DNA from: Xanthobacteraceae bacterium
Lineage (GTDB): Bacteria; Pseudomonadota; Alphaproteobacteria; Rhizobiales; Xanthobacteraceae
Direction: 5' to 3'
Assembly (NCBI GenBank): GCA_019635635.1
Contig: JAHBZB010000002.1
Span: 517,204 to 581,203 of the forward strand
Length of the DNA stretch: 64,000 nucleotides
The translations under genes and the position numbers were made by a program. Under the pieces are notes generated by a model. That model saw only the letters and a list, made by a program, of their open reading frames with translations, did no database searches and was not told the origin of the DNA. Shown one piece after another: positions 28,367 to 38,023 of the stretch; position 1 is the stretch's first letter; the number at the start of each line of letters is the position of its first letter.

Positions 28367-29806
28367 TTACTCCGCCGGACTCGGATCGGTGACCGCGCCA
28401 CTCATCGCGCCGCCTTTTGATTTCTTTCGTGACACAAAGCGGTCGGTGAAATCGCCAACGGTGCCGACGATGCCTTTGGGCATCAAGAGCGTCACGAAAA
28501 CGAAGAGCGCGCCGAGCGCGAAGAGCCAGTATTGCGCGAGCGCAATTCCTTCGAACGGCGTACGGAAGAACATTGCGAGCAGCACGCCCGCGCCCACACC
28601 CGCTGCTTCTGGCCGGGTCGAAAGAATCCACGTTGCAAACGCAACGCCAGCGACGATCAGTTCGGCATATTCTCCGACCGGGCCGGGAATCAGTTTACCG
28701 AGCAAAGCCAGAACGACGCCGCCCGCGATCCCGGCGAGACCGGGAAGACGAACCTTCCAGATGAGATAAGCGGCGAGCGCGAATATGCCGAGCCCGAAGA
28801 CCCAGTACGGCGCGATCAGGCCGCTGGTGAAGAGCGTCTTCGCGTAGTTCACGACGAAGGCGCCAAGTGCCGCCCCGGCAAGCGTGCCGCGGCCCCCGAC
28901 CGCGACCCAGATGATGATCTCGATCGAGTTTGCCGGAGAAAATTCGCTCGGATTGATGATGCCGACCTGCGGCACATAAAGCGCACCGGCGATGCCAGCG
29001 AGACAGGCGGAAACGACGAAGGCGACGAGCTTATAATTCTCGACGCGATAGCCGATGAAACGCGCGCGGGATTCCTGGTCGCGCACCGCGATCAGCACCT
29101 TGCCGAATTTCGAGGTCACCATCCAGCGGCACAAGAGATAGCCAAGCACGAGGAAGACCGCGGATAGCGCAAACAGCACTGCGCGCGTGCCCTGCGCCTG
29201 CACGTTAAAGCCGAGAATGTCCTTGAAATCGGTCAGGCCGTTGTTGCCGCCGAAGCCGAAATTGTTGCGGAAGAAAGCGAGCAACAGCGCAAACGTCATC
29301 GCCTGCGTGATGATCGAAAGATAAACGCCGGTGACGCGCGAGCGGAACGCGAACCAGCCGAAAACGAAAGCGAGCATGCCCGGCACCGCGACCACCATGA
29401 AGGCCGCGAAGATGAACCAGTCGAAGCCGTACCAGAACCACGGCAATTCCTTCCAGTTCAGGAACACCATGAAGTCCGGCAAAACCGGATGTGCGTAGAC
29501 ACCGCGCGTACCGATCTGCCGCATCAGGTACATGCCCATCGCGTAACCGCCGAGCGCGAAGAAAGCGCCGTGGCCGAGCGAGAGAATGCCGGCATAACCC
29601 CAGACAAGATCGACCGAGAGCGCGAGCAGCGCATAGCAAAGATACTTTCCGACCAGCGCCATCAGATAGGTCGGCACGTGAAACGGGTTGGTCGGCGGCA
29701 AAAGCAAATTCGAGAGCGGCACGAGAATCGCCATGCCGAGCACGACCGCAACGAAGATTTTTCCGCGGCCGTCCAACAGGCGCATGAAGAAAGGTTCCTG
29801 CTTCAC
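28367..29806 (-). CDS. urtC: Urea ABC transporter permease UrtC, unusually long at 479 aa
   Basis: UrtC motifs (GKYLCYALLALSVDLVWGYAGILSLGHGAFFALGGYAMGMYLMRQIG) plus an extra hydrophobic segment before the conserved C-terminal helix. Confidence 0.9.
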   Translation of the reverse strand: MKQEPFFMRLLDGRGKIFVAVVLGMAILVPLSNLLLPPTNPFHVPTYLMALVGKYLCYALLALSVDLVWGYAGILSLGHGAFFALGGYAMGMYLMRQIGTRGVYAHPVLPDFMVFLNWKELPWFWYGFDWFIFAAFMVVAVPGMLAFVFGWFAFRSRVTGVYLSIITQAMTFALLLAFFRNNFGFGGNNGLTDFKDILGFNVQAQGTRAVLFALSAVFLVLGYLLCRWMVTSKFGKVLIAVRDQESRARFIGYRVENYKLVAFVVSACLAGIAGALYVPQVGIINPSEFSPANSIEIIIWVAVGGRGTLAGAALGAFVVNYAKTLFTSGLIAPYWVFGLGIFALAAYLIWKVRLPGLAGIAGGVVLALLGKLIPGPVGEYAELIVAGVAFATWILSTRPEAAGVGAGVLLAMFFRTPFEGIALAQYWLFALGALFVFVTLLMPKGIVGTVGDFTDRFVSRKKSKGGAMSGAVTDPSPAE

Positions 29807-31419
29807 GCTTCCACCGCCCTGCCCTTGAGCGCGAAGAGACCGCGCGGCTTCTTCTGGATGAAGATGATGATAAGTACCAGAATGAGAATCTTGCCGAGCA
29901 CCGCGCCGGCGAACGGCTCGAGAAACTTGTTCGCGATGCCGAGCGAGAAGGCCGCGATCAGCGTGCCGAATAGATTGCCGACGCCGCCGAAGACGACGAC
30001 GAGGAAGCTGTCGATGATGTAGCCTTGTCCGAGGTTCGGCGAGACGTTGTCGATCTGCGAGAGTGCGACACCCGCGATGCCCGCGATACCGGAGCCGAGG
30101 CCGAAGGTCAGCGCATCGACGTAGCTCGTCTTGATGCCCATGGACGACGCCATGCGGCGGTTCTGCGTCACCGCGCGCATCTCAAGACCGAAGCGCGTGT
30201 AGCGCAGCACGAAGAGCAGCGCGATGAACACGGTCATCGAGAACACGATGATCCAGAGACGGTTATATGTGATCGAAAGCCCGCCGAGTTCGAAGGCACC
30301 CGACATCCAGCTTGGCGCTCCAACTTCGCGGTTGGTCGGGCCGAATACGGTGCGTACCGCTTGCTGGAGAATGAGCGAAAGGCCCCAGGTCGCCAGCAGC
30401 GTTTCAAGCGGCCGGCCGTATAAAAAGCGAATAACGCCGCGCTCGATCAGCACGCCGACGAGACCGGCGGTGAGAAACGCGAGGGGAAGCGCAATCGCGA
30501 GCGAGTAATCGAACAGCGCCGGATAATGCTGGCGGATGACTTCCTGCACGACGAAAGTAACGTAAGCGCCGATCATCACCATTTCGCCATGCGCCATGTT
30601 GATGACACCCATCACACCGAAGGTGATGGCAAGGCCGATGGCAGCCAGCAGCAGCACTGAGCCGAGCGACAATCCGTACCAGACGTTCTGCCCGACTTCC
30701 CAGAACGCAAGCGAGCGCTCGACGGTGGCGATCGCGGCAGCGGTCGCGGCTTTCACCGAGGGCGACGCATCGGCCGGGACCGAGCGCAGGAGTGCGAGGG
30801 CATCCTGATCGCCTTTCGCGCCGATCAGGCTGATCGCGGCGATGCGGTCATTCTCTGAAGTATTCGGCGCGGCAATGAGGATCGCGGCGCGGGCTTCGCC
30901 GAGTGCCTTCTTCACGCGCGGATCGGTTTCTTTCGCGAGTGCTGCGTTCAGCAATTTGAGCGCGTCGGCGTCACGCGATTTAAAAACAGCATTGGCGGCT
31001 TCGAGACGCTTGTTCGGATCGGGCGAAATGAGGCGCAGCGTGCCGAGTGCTGCATCCACCGCCGTGCGAACGCGGTTGTTCTGGCGGACCGACTTCAACC
31101 CCTCTGGTTCCTTGGGTTCGGCCGCGCCGGTCGCGAGATTCTTCAGCTTGCCCGAAGTGTCGCGGAGATAAACGGTCTTGCTTGCGGGATCGAACAGCAC
31201 GCGGCGGTCGGAGATGCCCGAGATCACCGCTTCGGAGTCGACGTGGCCGCTCGCGGCGATCTCGGCGATTGCATCGGCGGTATCGGAGAAAGAGTCGGCT
31301 GCGAGTTTTGCGAGCGCGTCCTCGAACGGTCCGGCATACGCGGACGGCACGATCAAGAGCGAGGCGAGGAAAAAGGATAGAGCCGCGAGCTTTCGCGTAG
31401 TCGCACGAAAAAGTTTCAT
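29803..31419 (-). CDS. urtB: Urea ABC transporter permease UrtB with an N-terminal periplasmic extension
   Basis: C-terminal LivH-type permease domain. Long N-terminal soluble domain after a signal peptide. 4 nt overlap with urtC. Confidence 0.9.
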   Translation of the reverse strand: MKLFRATTRKLAALSFFLASLLIVPSAYAGPFEDALAKLAADSFSDTADAIAEIAASGHVDSEAVISGISDRRVLFDPASKTVYLRDTSGKLKNLATGAAEPKEPEGLKSVRQNNRVRTAVDAALGTLRLISPDPNKRLEAANAVFKSRDADALKLLNAALAKETDPRVKKALGEARAAILIAAPNTSENDRIAAISLIGAKGDQDALALLRSVPADASPSVKAATAAAIATVERSLAFWEVGQNVWYGLSLGSVLLLAAIGLAITFGVMGVINMAHGEMVMIGAYVTFVVQEVIRQHYPALFDYSLAIALPLAFLTAGLVGVLIERGVIRFLYGRPLETLLATWGLSLILQQAVRTVFGPTNREVGAPSWMSGAFELGGLSITYNRLWIIVFSMTVFIALLFVLRYTRFGLEMRAVTQNRRMASSMGIKTSYVDALTFGLGSGIAGIAGVALSQIDNVSPNLGQGYIIDSFLVVVFGGVGNLFGTLIAAFSLGIANKFLEPFAGAVLGKILILVLIIIFIQKKPRGLFALKGRAVEA

Positions 31420-31444
31420 TGCCGCGGCCTTTTTGGTGGGAGGT

Positions 31445-31473
31445 CCGGGCGGAGCGAATGGCGCCCCGCCCGG
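31445..31473 (-). other. Intercistronic GC-rich stem-loop (CCGGGCGG-N13-CCGCCCGG) between urtA and urtB
   Basis: Perfect 8 bp stem seen directly. No U-tract, so it may be an mRNA-stabilising or attenuating hairpin after the binding-protein gene. Confidence 0.4.
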
Positions 31474-31493
31474 TATCTCGGATCAAGCGCGAA

Positions 31494-32777
31494 TTACGAA
31501 CCGCACTTGTTGGTCTTGGTGTTGTAGTTGCCGCACTTCAGCTTGACCCAGTCGGCAACGAGATCTTTGGAGCCTTCGAGATACGGCGACCAGGCCGCAC
31601 CCGGCACCAGGCCGTCGGTCTTCCACACGACGTCGAACTGACCGTCGGCGCGAATTTCACCGATGAACACCGGCTTGGTGATGTGGTGGTTCGCGAGCAT
31701 TTCGGACTCGCCACCCGTGAGGTTCTTCGCCTTGATGCCCGGAAGCGCCTCGATCACCTTGGTCGGCTCGAACGAACCGGCCTTCTCGACCGCCTTCACC
31801 CACATGGCGAAGCCGATCACGTGCGCTTCCATCGGATCGTTGGAAACACGCTTCGGATTTTTGGTGAAGGCCTTCCACTTCTCGATGAACGCCTTGTTCT
31901 CCGGCGTGTCGATCGACTGGAAGTAGTTCCAGGCGGCGAGATGGCCGACGAGGTTCTTGGTGTCGATGCCGGCGAGTTCTTCTTCACCGACCGAGAACGC
32001 GACGACCGGGATGTCCTTCGCCGACACGCCCTGGTTCGCAAGCTCCTTGTAGAACGGAACGTTCGCGTCGCCGTTGATGGTGGACACGACGGCGGTCTTC
32101 TTGCCGCCGGTGCCGAACTTCTTGATCGACGCCACGATCGTCTGCCAGTCGGAGTGACCGAACGGCGTGTAGTTGATCATGATGTCTTCGTCCTTGACGC
32201 CCTTCGACTTCAGGTAGGCTTCAAGAATCTTGTTCGTGGTGCGCGGGTAGACGTAGTCGGTGCCGGCGAGCACCCAGCGCTGAATCTTGTATTCCTTGGC
32301 GAGATAGTCGACCGCAGGGATCGCCTGCTGGTTCGGCGCCGCACCCGTGTAGAACACGTTCTTCTCGGACTCTTCGCCTTCGTACTGCACCGGATAGAAC
32401 AGGATCGAGTTCAGTTCCTTGAATACCGGCAGCACGGACTTGCGGGACACCGAGGTCCAGCAGCCGAACACGACCGAGACCTTATCCTTGACGATCAGCT
32501 CGCGCGCCTTTTCGGCGAACAGCGGCCAGTTGGAAGCAGGATCGACGACGACGGCCTCGAGTTTCTTGCCGAGCACGCCGCCCTTCTTATTCTGCTCGTC
32601 GATGAGCATGAGCATCACGTCTTTCAGCGTGGTTTCGCTGATCGCCATGGTGCCCGACAGCGAATGCAGGATGCCGACCTTGACGGTCTCCTGCGCGGCC
32701 GCGGGCGCGGCCGAGATCGAAACAGCCAGCGCCGCGGCTCCAGCCGTTACGCCAAGCTTTTTGAAGATATTGAACAT
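31494..32777 (-). CDS. urtA: Urea ABC transporter periplasmic urea-binding protein UrtA
   Basis: Signal peptide and the motif VKVGILHSLSGTMAISE typical of UrtA. Confidence 0.95.
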   Translation of the reverse strand: MFNIFKKLGVTAGAAALAVSISAAPAAAQETVKVGILHSLSGTMAISETTLKDVMLMLIDEQNKKGGVLGKKLEAVVVDPASNWPLFAEKARELIVKDKVSVVFGCWTSVSRKSVLPVFKELNSILFYPVQYEGEESEKNVFYTGAAPNQQAIPAVDYLAKEYKIQRWVLAGTDYVYPRTTNKILEAYLKSKGVKDEDIMINYTPFGHSDWQTIVASIKKFGTGGKKTAVVSTINGDANVPFYKELANQGVSAKDIPVVAFSVGEEELAGIDTKNLVGHLAAWNYFQSIDTPENKAFIEKWKAFTKNPKRVSNDPMEAHVIGFAMWVKAVEKAGSFEPTKVIEALPGIKAKNLTGGESEMLANHHITKPVFIGEIRADGQFDVVWKTDGLVPGAAWSPYLEGSKDLVADWVKLKCGNYNTKTNKCGS

Positions 32778-32856
32778 GAAAGCTCCCCATGAGGTTCGAG
32801 CCGGATGGATCGAAGGCGCGCGAACATTGGCGGACGCTTACGCCGAGCAAGGGTGT

Positions 32857-32872
32857 TGCAACGCACATGCCA
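32857..32872 (-). promoter_or_regulatory. Sigma54 (RpoN) -24/-12 promoter, TGGCAT-N5-TTGCA
   Basis: The minus strand reads cTGGCATgtgcgTTGCa with canonical GG/GC spacing, about 80 nt upstream of the urtA ATG. Confidence 0.65.
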
Positions 32873-32996
32873 GAGCGGGGACCTTTGAAAATCGCCGCTT
32901 TTTCCGGCTATTTCGCGGGGATAGCCTATTTTTTAATCGCCGATCTGTTCGCTGTATAAAAACTAGGCAACGTATCTGAATTGTATTCAGACCGGC

Positions 32997-34145
32997 CTAG
33001 CGGCGCAGGTTCGCCATTCGCGCGATAGCGCCATCCAGCGTCGCGTCATGCTTTGCGAAGCAGAACCGGACCACGCTGGTAACGGGGTCTTCCGCGTAAA
33101 AGGCCGAGACCGGAATGGCGGCGACCTTGTTCTCGGTCACCAGCCGCTGACAGAAGTCGCTGTCGCGCTCGTTGATGCCGAGGGCGGCCAGATCGACGTT
33201 GATGAAATAGGTGCCCTGGCTTTCGAGCGGATCGAATCCGACCGTCCGCAAGCCCTTGGCAAAACGGTCGCGAGAATGCGCAAGTGTTGAGCGCATATCG
33301 AGGAAATAGTCGTCCGCCTTACCGAGACCGTAGGCCACCGCCGCTTGCAGGTTCGGCGGAGTGGTAAAGGTGATGAACTGGTGCGCCTTCGACAGCCCGC
33401 GCATCAAGGCGGGTGCCGCGCAGACGAAGCCCACCTTCCAGCCGGTGAGGCAGAAGATCTTGCCGGCGGAGCCAATCTTCACCGTGCGCTCGCGCATGCC
33501 GGGCACCGAAAGCATCGAAACATGCTTGCGGCCATCGAACACGACATGCTCCCAGACCTCGTCGCAGATCGCGACCGCGTCGAACTCGTTGCAGAAGCGT
33601 GCGAGCAGCGTCAGGTCTTCCATCGAATAGACCACGCCCGCCGGGTTATGCGGATTGTTGAACAGGACCGCCTTGGTCTTCTTCGTGAAGACCTTCTTCA
33701 GCGCGTCCTCGGTGATACGCCAGTGCGGCGGCTCAAGACGAACGAGCTTCGGAATGCCGCCTGCCCGCTTCACCATCGGCAGATAGGAATCGTAAAGCGG
33801 CTGGAACAGGACCACTTCGTCGCCCGGCTCGATCAAGGTGAGAATCGCGCCGGTCAGCGCTTCGGTCGCGCCGGAAGTTATCATCACTTCGGATTCCGGA
33901 TCGAGCGAAACGCCCTGCCAATGCGCGTAGTGTTTTGCGACCGCTGCGCGTAACTCGGGCAGACCCATCATCGGCGGATACTGGTTCCAGCCGTTGACGA
34001 CTGCTTCCGCCGCCTTCCGACGCACATCTTCCGGGCCGGGATCGTCCGGAAAGCCCTGGCCCAGATTGATCGCGTCGTGCTCGCGCGCGAGCCGCGACAT
34101 CACCTCGAACACCGTGGTCGGCAGATTGGCGAATACGGGATGCAT
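32997..34145 (-). CDS. Class I/II PLP-dependent aminotransferase (YbdL / kynurenine-oxoglutarate transaminase-like)
   Basis: Motifs INLGQGFPD, NQYPPMMGLPELR and SAGKIFCLTGWKVG (PLP lysine). ATG at 34145 was chosen; the Arg-rich extension in the track was rejected. Confidence 0.85.
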   Translation of the reverse strand: MHPVFANLPTTVFEVMSRLAREHDAINLGQGFPDDPGPEDVRRKAAEAVVNGWNQYPPMMGLPELRAAVAKHYAHWQGVSLDPESEVMITSGATEALTGAILTLIEPGDEVVLFQPLYDSYLPMVKRAGGIPKLVRLEPPHWRITEDALKKVFTKKTKAVLFNNPHNPAGVVYSMEDLTLLARFCNEFDAVAICDEVWEHVVFDGRKHVSMLSVPGMRERTVKIGSAGKIFCLTGWKVGFVCAAPALMRGLSKAHQFITFTTPPNLQAAVAYGLGKADDYFLDMRSTLAHSRDRFAKGLRTVGFDPLESQGTYFINVDLAALGINERDSDFCQRLVTENKVAAIPVSAFYAEDPVTSVVRFCFAKHDATLDGAIARMANLRR

Positions 34146-34182
34146 CGAAGTGCGTACCGCGGCTACGCGTGCGGAAAAAGGA

Positions 34183-34617
34183 TCAGACTTTGGCGTCGAC
34201 TTCGAGCGTGATCGACGGCACACCGGCAAGCGCCTTCGAGACCGGGCAACCGACCTTCGCGCCTTCCGCCGCTTCCTTGATCTTTGCGGCATCTGCACCG
34301 GGAGCGACCACGGTCGTCTTCAGCTTGATCGCCGTGATGTTCGCGCCCTTCTCTCCGAGGATGACCTCGACTTCGGCGCCGGTATGGATCGATTTCTGTT
34401 CGATGCCTGCGCGCATCAGGGCAAAACCGAGCGCCATGGTGTAGCAGCCGGCATGCGCCGCGGCGATCAACTCCTCCGGCGTGGTCTGCGAGGTGCCGCC
34501 TTCGAAGCGCGCTTTCGAGCTATAGGGTGAGTTCTTCAAGACACCCGTGGCCGTAGAGATGGTACCGGTGCCGTCTTTCGGCGAGCCTTCCCACTGTGCG
34601 CTGGCGTTGCTTTTCAT
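34183..34617 (-). CDS. osmC: OsmC family peroxiredoxin
   Basis: OsmC motifs (PEELIAAAHAGCYTMAL, GCPVSKAL) with both catalytic Cys. ATG at 34617. Confidence 0.85.
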   Translation of the reverse strand: MKSNASAQWEGSPKDGTGTISTATGVLKNSPYSSKARFEGGTSQTTPEELIAAAHAGCYTMALGFALMRAGIEQKSIHTGAEVEVILGEKGANITAIKLKTTVVAPGADAAKIKEAAEGAKVGCPVSKALAGVPSITLEVDAKV

Positions 34618-34639
34618 TTCGACGCTCCTTGTCTTGGTT

Positions 34640-36451
34640 TTAGTTTTTCGAGTTGCGGGCGACCTTGCGCGCAAGCCGCTTAGGGTAGCCTAGCATCCGG
34701 CGGATCGAAGTCGAACGGATGGGTGCGAAGCCGCCTTTCGGCTCCTGCACGAAATCGAGCCTCGCCTCGGAAACCTTGTCGTCGGCGAGCTCGCGAACCA
34801 CTAGCCGCGCGTGACCAAAATCGATGCGATTGCCCGGACGCGGGTTTTCCTCGAAGCGGCTATCGAACAGTTCCGCGACTGTCATTTCGCGCTCGGCGGG
34901 CTGCACGTTCAATTCGTACATATCGGCGATCGCGCCGATGCGTACGTCGCCCTTGAAGGGAAAGGCCGCGGAGCTTTCCTCGTCGATATAGCCTTCGTTC
35001 GGCGCGAACAGGCGATCGAGGCGTTCCACGCGCTGCGGCGGCGCGAGGAAATAGCCGTAGTCGCCGACCTGAAGCGCGCCTGCTTCCTGCGGCGACAGGA
35101 TCGCCTCGTTGCGGATGATGAGCACCGGCTTCGCCCAGGCGGGCCAGGTGCCGTGGCCAACCACCGGGCTGCCCTCGACAATCGGATAGCCGACGAGTTC
35201 CTCGTCCAACTGTCCCGGCAAGTCGATTTCGATGCGCTTCACGGAAGGCGCCGGATCGTCGAGCGCGACGCCGAGCTTCTGCGCGACCGTGGTCAGCGAC
35301 CAGCCCTGCACGATCAGCGACACCACGACCACGACGAAGGCGACGCTGAAATACGTGTCGGCATGCGGCACATTGGAGAGCGTCGGAATGGCGGCGAGAA
35401 AAATCGAAACCGCGCCACGCAGGCCGACCCAGGACATGAAAACCTTTTCCGAGGTCTGGAAGCGGAATGGTGCGAGGCACAGCCAGACCGCCACGGGGCG
35501 CGCAATGACAATCAGGAAGAACGCGATCGCAAACGCGGCGGCTAGCGAAGGCACAAGTTTGCTCGGCGTCACCAGCAACCCGAGCATGATGAACATCGCA
35601 ATCTGGCAGAGCCAGGTCAGCGTATCGTGGAACGTCGTGATCGACGCGAAGGCGCGGACCGGCCGATTGCCGAGCACGATGCCCGCGAGATAGACAGCGA
35701 GAAATCCGGAGCCACCGATCGTGACCGTCAACCCGTAGATGAACAGAGCGCTCGCGACAACGAGCAGCGGATGCAGGCCGGAGGGCAGCGGGATCCGGTT
35801 CAAGGCATAGGAAATCGCGAAACCGCCCGCGATACCGATGATCGCGCCTTCCAGCGCCTCGCGAAAAACCGAGAACGCGATCGCGCTCACCGACATGTGC
35901 CCGCTCGCAAGGACGAGTTGCACGAGCAGCAACGTCATGAATACGGCAATCGGATCGTTGGTGCCGGACTCCATTTCGAGCGTCGAGGCGACGCGGCGTT
36001 TCAGTTGCTGGCCGCCGGCGCGTAACAGAAAGAACACGGCCGCAGCGTCGGTCGAAGCAACGATCGCACCGACCAGCAGCCCTTCGACCCAACTCAATTT
36101 CAGAAGAAAAGCGGCAAGCAGGCCGACCAGTACCGCTGTGATCACGACGCCAATCGTCGCCAGCGAAATCGCGGGATAGAAGGCGCCTCTGAATGTTGCG
36201 AAACGCGTCCGCAGACCGCCGTCGAATAGTACGATTGCAAGCGCCGCCGAACCGACGAGGTAGGTCGAGTAGAAGTCGTTGAACTTGATACCGCCCGGTC
36301 CCTCCTGGCCCGCAAGAAGGCCGACGAGCAGGAAGATGAGGAGCAGCGGAGCGCCGATCCGCGAGGCGACGAGGCTCGAGAACACGCCGAGCACGGCCAG
36401 CGCCGCGCCTACCAGAATCAATAGATTGGCCGAGCCGAGGTTCTCCATCAC
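34640..36451 (-). CDS. K+/H+ (monovalent cation:proton) antiporter, NhaP2/CvrA type, with C-terminal TrkA-C domain
   Basis: CPA1 membrane domain (about 400 aa) plus a cytoplasmic regulatory domain. The N-terminus LLILVGAALAVLGVFSSLVASRIGAPLLLIFL is typical. Confidence 0.85.
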   Translation of the reverse strand: MMENLGSANLLILVGAALAVLGVFSSLVASRIGAPLLLIFLLVGLLAGQEGPGGIKFNDFYSTYLVGSAALAIVLFDGGLRTRFATFRGAFYPAISLATIGVVITAVLVGLLAAFLLKLSWVEGLLVGAIVASTDAAAVFFLLRAGGQQLKRRVASTLEMESGTNDPIAVFMTLLLVQLVLASGHMSVSAIAFSVFREALEGAIIGIAGGFAISYALNRIPLPSGLHPLLVVASALFIYGLTVTIGGSGFLAVYLAGIVLGNRPVRAFASITTFHDTLTWLCQIAMFIMLGLLVTPSKLVPSLAAAFAIAFFLIVIARPVAVWLCLAPFRFQTSEKVFMSWVGLRGAVSIFLAAIPTLSNVPHADTYFSVAFVVVVVSLIVQGWSLTTVAQKLGVALDDPAPSVKRIEIDLPGQLDEELVGYPIVEGSPVVGHGTWPAWAKPVLIIRNEAILSPQEAGALQVGDYGYFLAPPQRVERLDRLFAPNEGYIDEESSAAFPFKGDVRIGAIADMYELNVQPAEREMTVAELFDSRFEENPRPGNRIDFGHARLVVRELADDKVSEARLDFVQEPKGGFAPIRSTSIRRMLGYPKRLARKVARNSKN

Positions 36452-36548
36452 GCTTCTTTTGTCGCTTTGCAGCCGAATTTAGGGCCGGGCGGCGGAATCC
36501 GCCCCCGGCCCTGTCGTACTTCCTCATTATGAGAAAGATTGAAACATT

Positions 36549-36579
36549 CGTCTCGAAAGTTCTCGGCGATTTCGAGACG
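36549..36579 (-). terminator. Stem-loop (10 bp stem CGTCTCGAAA/TTTCGAGACG) just after the PCuAC stop
   Basis: Seen directly. On the minus strand a T-containing tract (aatgtttcaatctttctc) follows. A second GC-rich imperfect palindrome lies at about 36481-36512. Confidence 0.45.
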
Positions 36580-36582
36580 TTT

Positions 36583-37068
36583 TTAGTGATTGTGCCCGGT
36601 GTGGCCCTTCTGCTGACCGGCACCCATCGCACGCACTTCGAAATCGACTTCGACCGGGCCCGCCTTTTCGAAAATGAGGGTGGCCTTGTAGTGCTGGCCT
36701 GCCACAAGCGGCTTCTTCAGCTTCATCAGCATCAAATGATAACCTGCGGGCTGAAGCTTCACCGTCGCGCCTGCGGGAATTGCAAGCCCGTCTTTGAGTG
36801 CGCGCATCTTCATTACGCCGCCCTCGTTCGACATCTCGTGCACCTCGGGCTGACCGGATATCTCGGTCGAAAGCGACACGAGTCGGTCGGCGCTCAGGCC
36901 CTTGTTGGTGATGACAAGGTAACCGGCGGCCACTTCGGCACCCGCCGGCGTGGCGCGCGACCATGGCGCGGAAATCACGAGATCACCCTTCGTGATGTCG
37001 TGGGCCGCCAGCGGCTGGGCCGCAACGAGGGCAACGAGCAGGGCAAAGCCCGCAGCAAACATTCGCAT
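36583..37068 (-). CDS. Periplasmic copper chaperone PCu(A)C (DUF461)
   Basis: Signal peptide, an H(M)X10MX21HXM-type motif (EVHEMSNEGGVMKMR...GYHLMLM) and a His-rich C-terminus. ATG at 37068 with a GGAG SD. Confidence 0.85.
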   Translation of the reverse strand: MRMFAAGFALLVALVAAQPLAAHDITKGDLVISAPWSRATPAGAEVAAGYLVITNKGLSADRLVSLSTEISGQPEVHEMSNEGGVMKMRALKDGLAIPAGATVKLQPAGYHLMLMKLKKPLVAGQHYKATLIFEKAGPVEVDFEVRAMGAGQQKGHTGHNH

Positions 37069-37133
37069 TTTGAACTCCGTTATTTCGCGTCCGCGCGGCG
37101 CGCGGATGCTGGACTGACAGGGAAAGTGACTCG

Positions 37134-37496
37134 TCAGTCCCGCGGCGGAGCCCTCGCGAGTTTGGCGGCAGAAAAAGCGGCGACGGCTGCACGCGGCGCG
37201 AGCGGCTGCCATTCGACCGGCGAGAACGATACTACCCGGACAAGGGCCGGCGCAGGGGCCGGGGCCATGACCTGCCCACTGCAAAGCCCCGGACAGCAGT
37301 CCGGCGCGGCATGCGCTGGCAACGGCACGGAACCGCTCCCGCTATCGGCGTTACCTGCGCTCGCCGCGCAAATCGGCTGGATATTTCCGGACGCCAGCGC
37401 GTAGGCACCCGCGACCCCGCCGAGCACGAGGGTATAGGCGAGGATAAGGGCGAGCACTTTGCCAAGCGGTCGGGCGGCGGACATGGCGTGACGCAT
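37134..37496 (-). CDS. Hypothetical membrane-anchored Cys-rich protein (possibly DUF2946-like)
   Basis: One N-terminal TM helix and a Cys cluster ([10 protein letters not shown]). Lies immediately upstream of the PCuAC gene on the same strand. Family assignment is tentative. Confidence 0.45.
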   Translation of the reverse strand: MRHAMSAARPLGKVLALILAYTLVLGGVAGAYALASGNIQPICAASAGNADSGSGSVPLPAHAAPDCCPGLCSGQVMAPAPAPALVRVVSFSPVEWQPLAPRAAVAAFSAAKLARAPPRD

Positions 37497-37730
37497 AGCG
37501 GATCGGGATCAGGGTGGCGAGACGCCCTGCGGACGCAGCGGACACGGGGTCATATCGTCAAAACCCTTTCAAATCAGCCGATTCACCTTTGCCGGGGCCT
37601 TTCCCCGGCATTGAAAGGCCCTATATCGTCCGCTATACGAACCGCGACATATAGGGGCGCCGCCAGGGCTTTGGGGGACGCTCTTTTTCCTTTCCCCCGC
37701 CTGTCCGGCACCCGAGCGGAGACAAAATTC

Positions 37731-38012
37731 ATGGCCTCGACCTTCGATACGGTCGCCAACATCATCGCCGAAACCTGCGACATCCCGCGTGAGCAGATCA
37801 CGCCGGAGAGCCACGCGATCGACGATCTCGGCATCGACAGCCTCGACTTCCTCGATATCGCCTTTGCCATCGACAAGGCGTTCGGCATCAAGCTGCCGCT
37901 CGAGCAGTGGACCGCCGAGGTCAACGAGGGCAAGGCGACCACCGAGCAGTATTTCGTTCTCAAAAATCTCGCCGAGCGCATCGACGGACTCGTCGCCGCC
38001 AAGGGCGCGTAG
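37731..38012 (+). CDS. acpXL: Specialised acyl carrier protein AcpXL (very-long-chain fatty acid of lipid A)
   Basis: ACP motif [15 protein letters not shown] with an extended C-terminus. First gene of the canonical acpXL-lpxXL cluster. Confidence 0.9.
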   Translation: MASTFDTVANIIAETCDIPREQITPESHAIDDLGIDSLDFLDIAFAIDKAFGIKLPLEQWTAEVNEGKATTEQYFVLKNLAERIDGLVAAKGA

Positions 38013-38023
38013 GCCCGGTCGCC

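Noticed and set aside
32906-32989. Inverted repeats GGCTAT-N9-ATAGCC (32906-32926) and TCTGAAT-TGT-ATTCAGA (32973-32989) upstream of the urtA sigma54 promoter as NtrC enhancer sites
   Set aside because: Neither resembles the NtrC half-site consensus (TGCACC/GGTGCA type) that I know. They may instead be terminator-like or other protein-binding elements downstream of the aminotransferase gene. The evidence is insufficient to call them.
34860-36707. 615 aa minus-strand ORF overlapping the NhaP2 antiporter gene in another frame
   Set aside because: It is a same-strand alternative frame of a gene with a clear CPA1 membrane-domain signature. Its product is Arg/Pro/Gly-rich with no domain signature, so it is a frame-shadow artefact.
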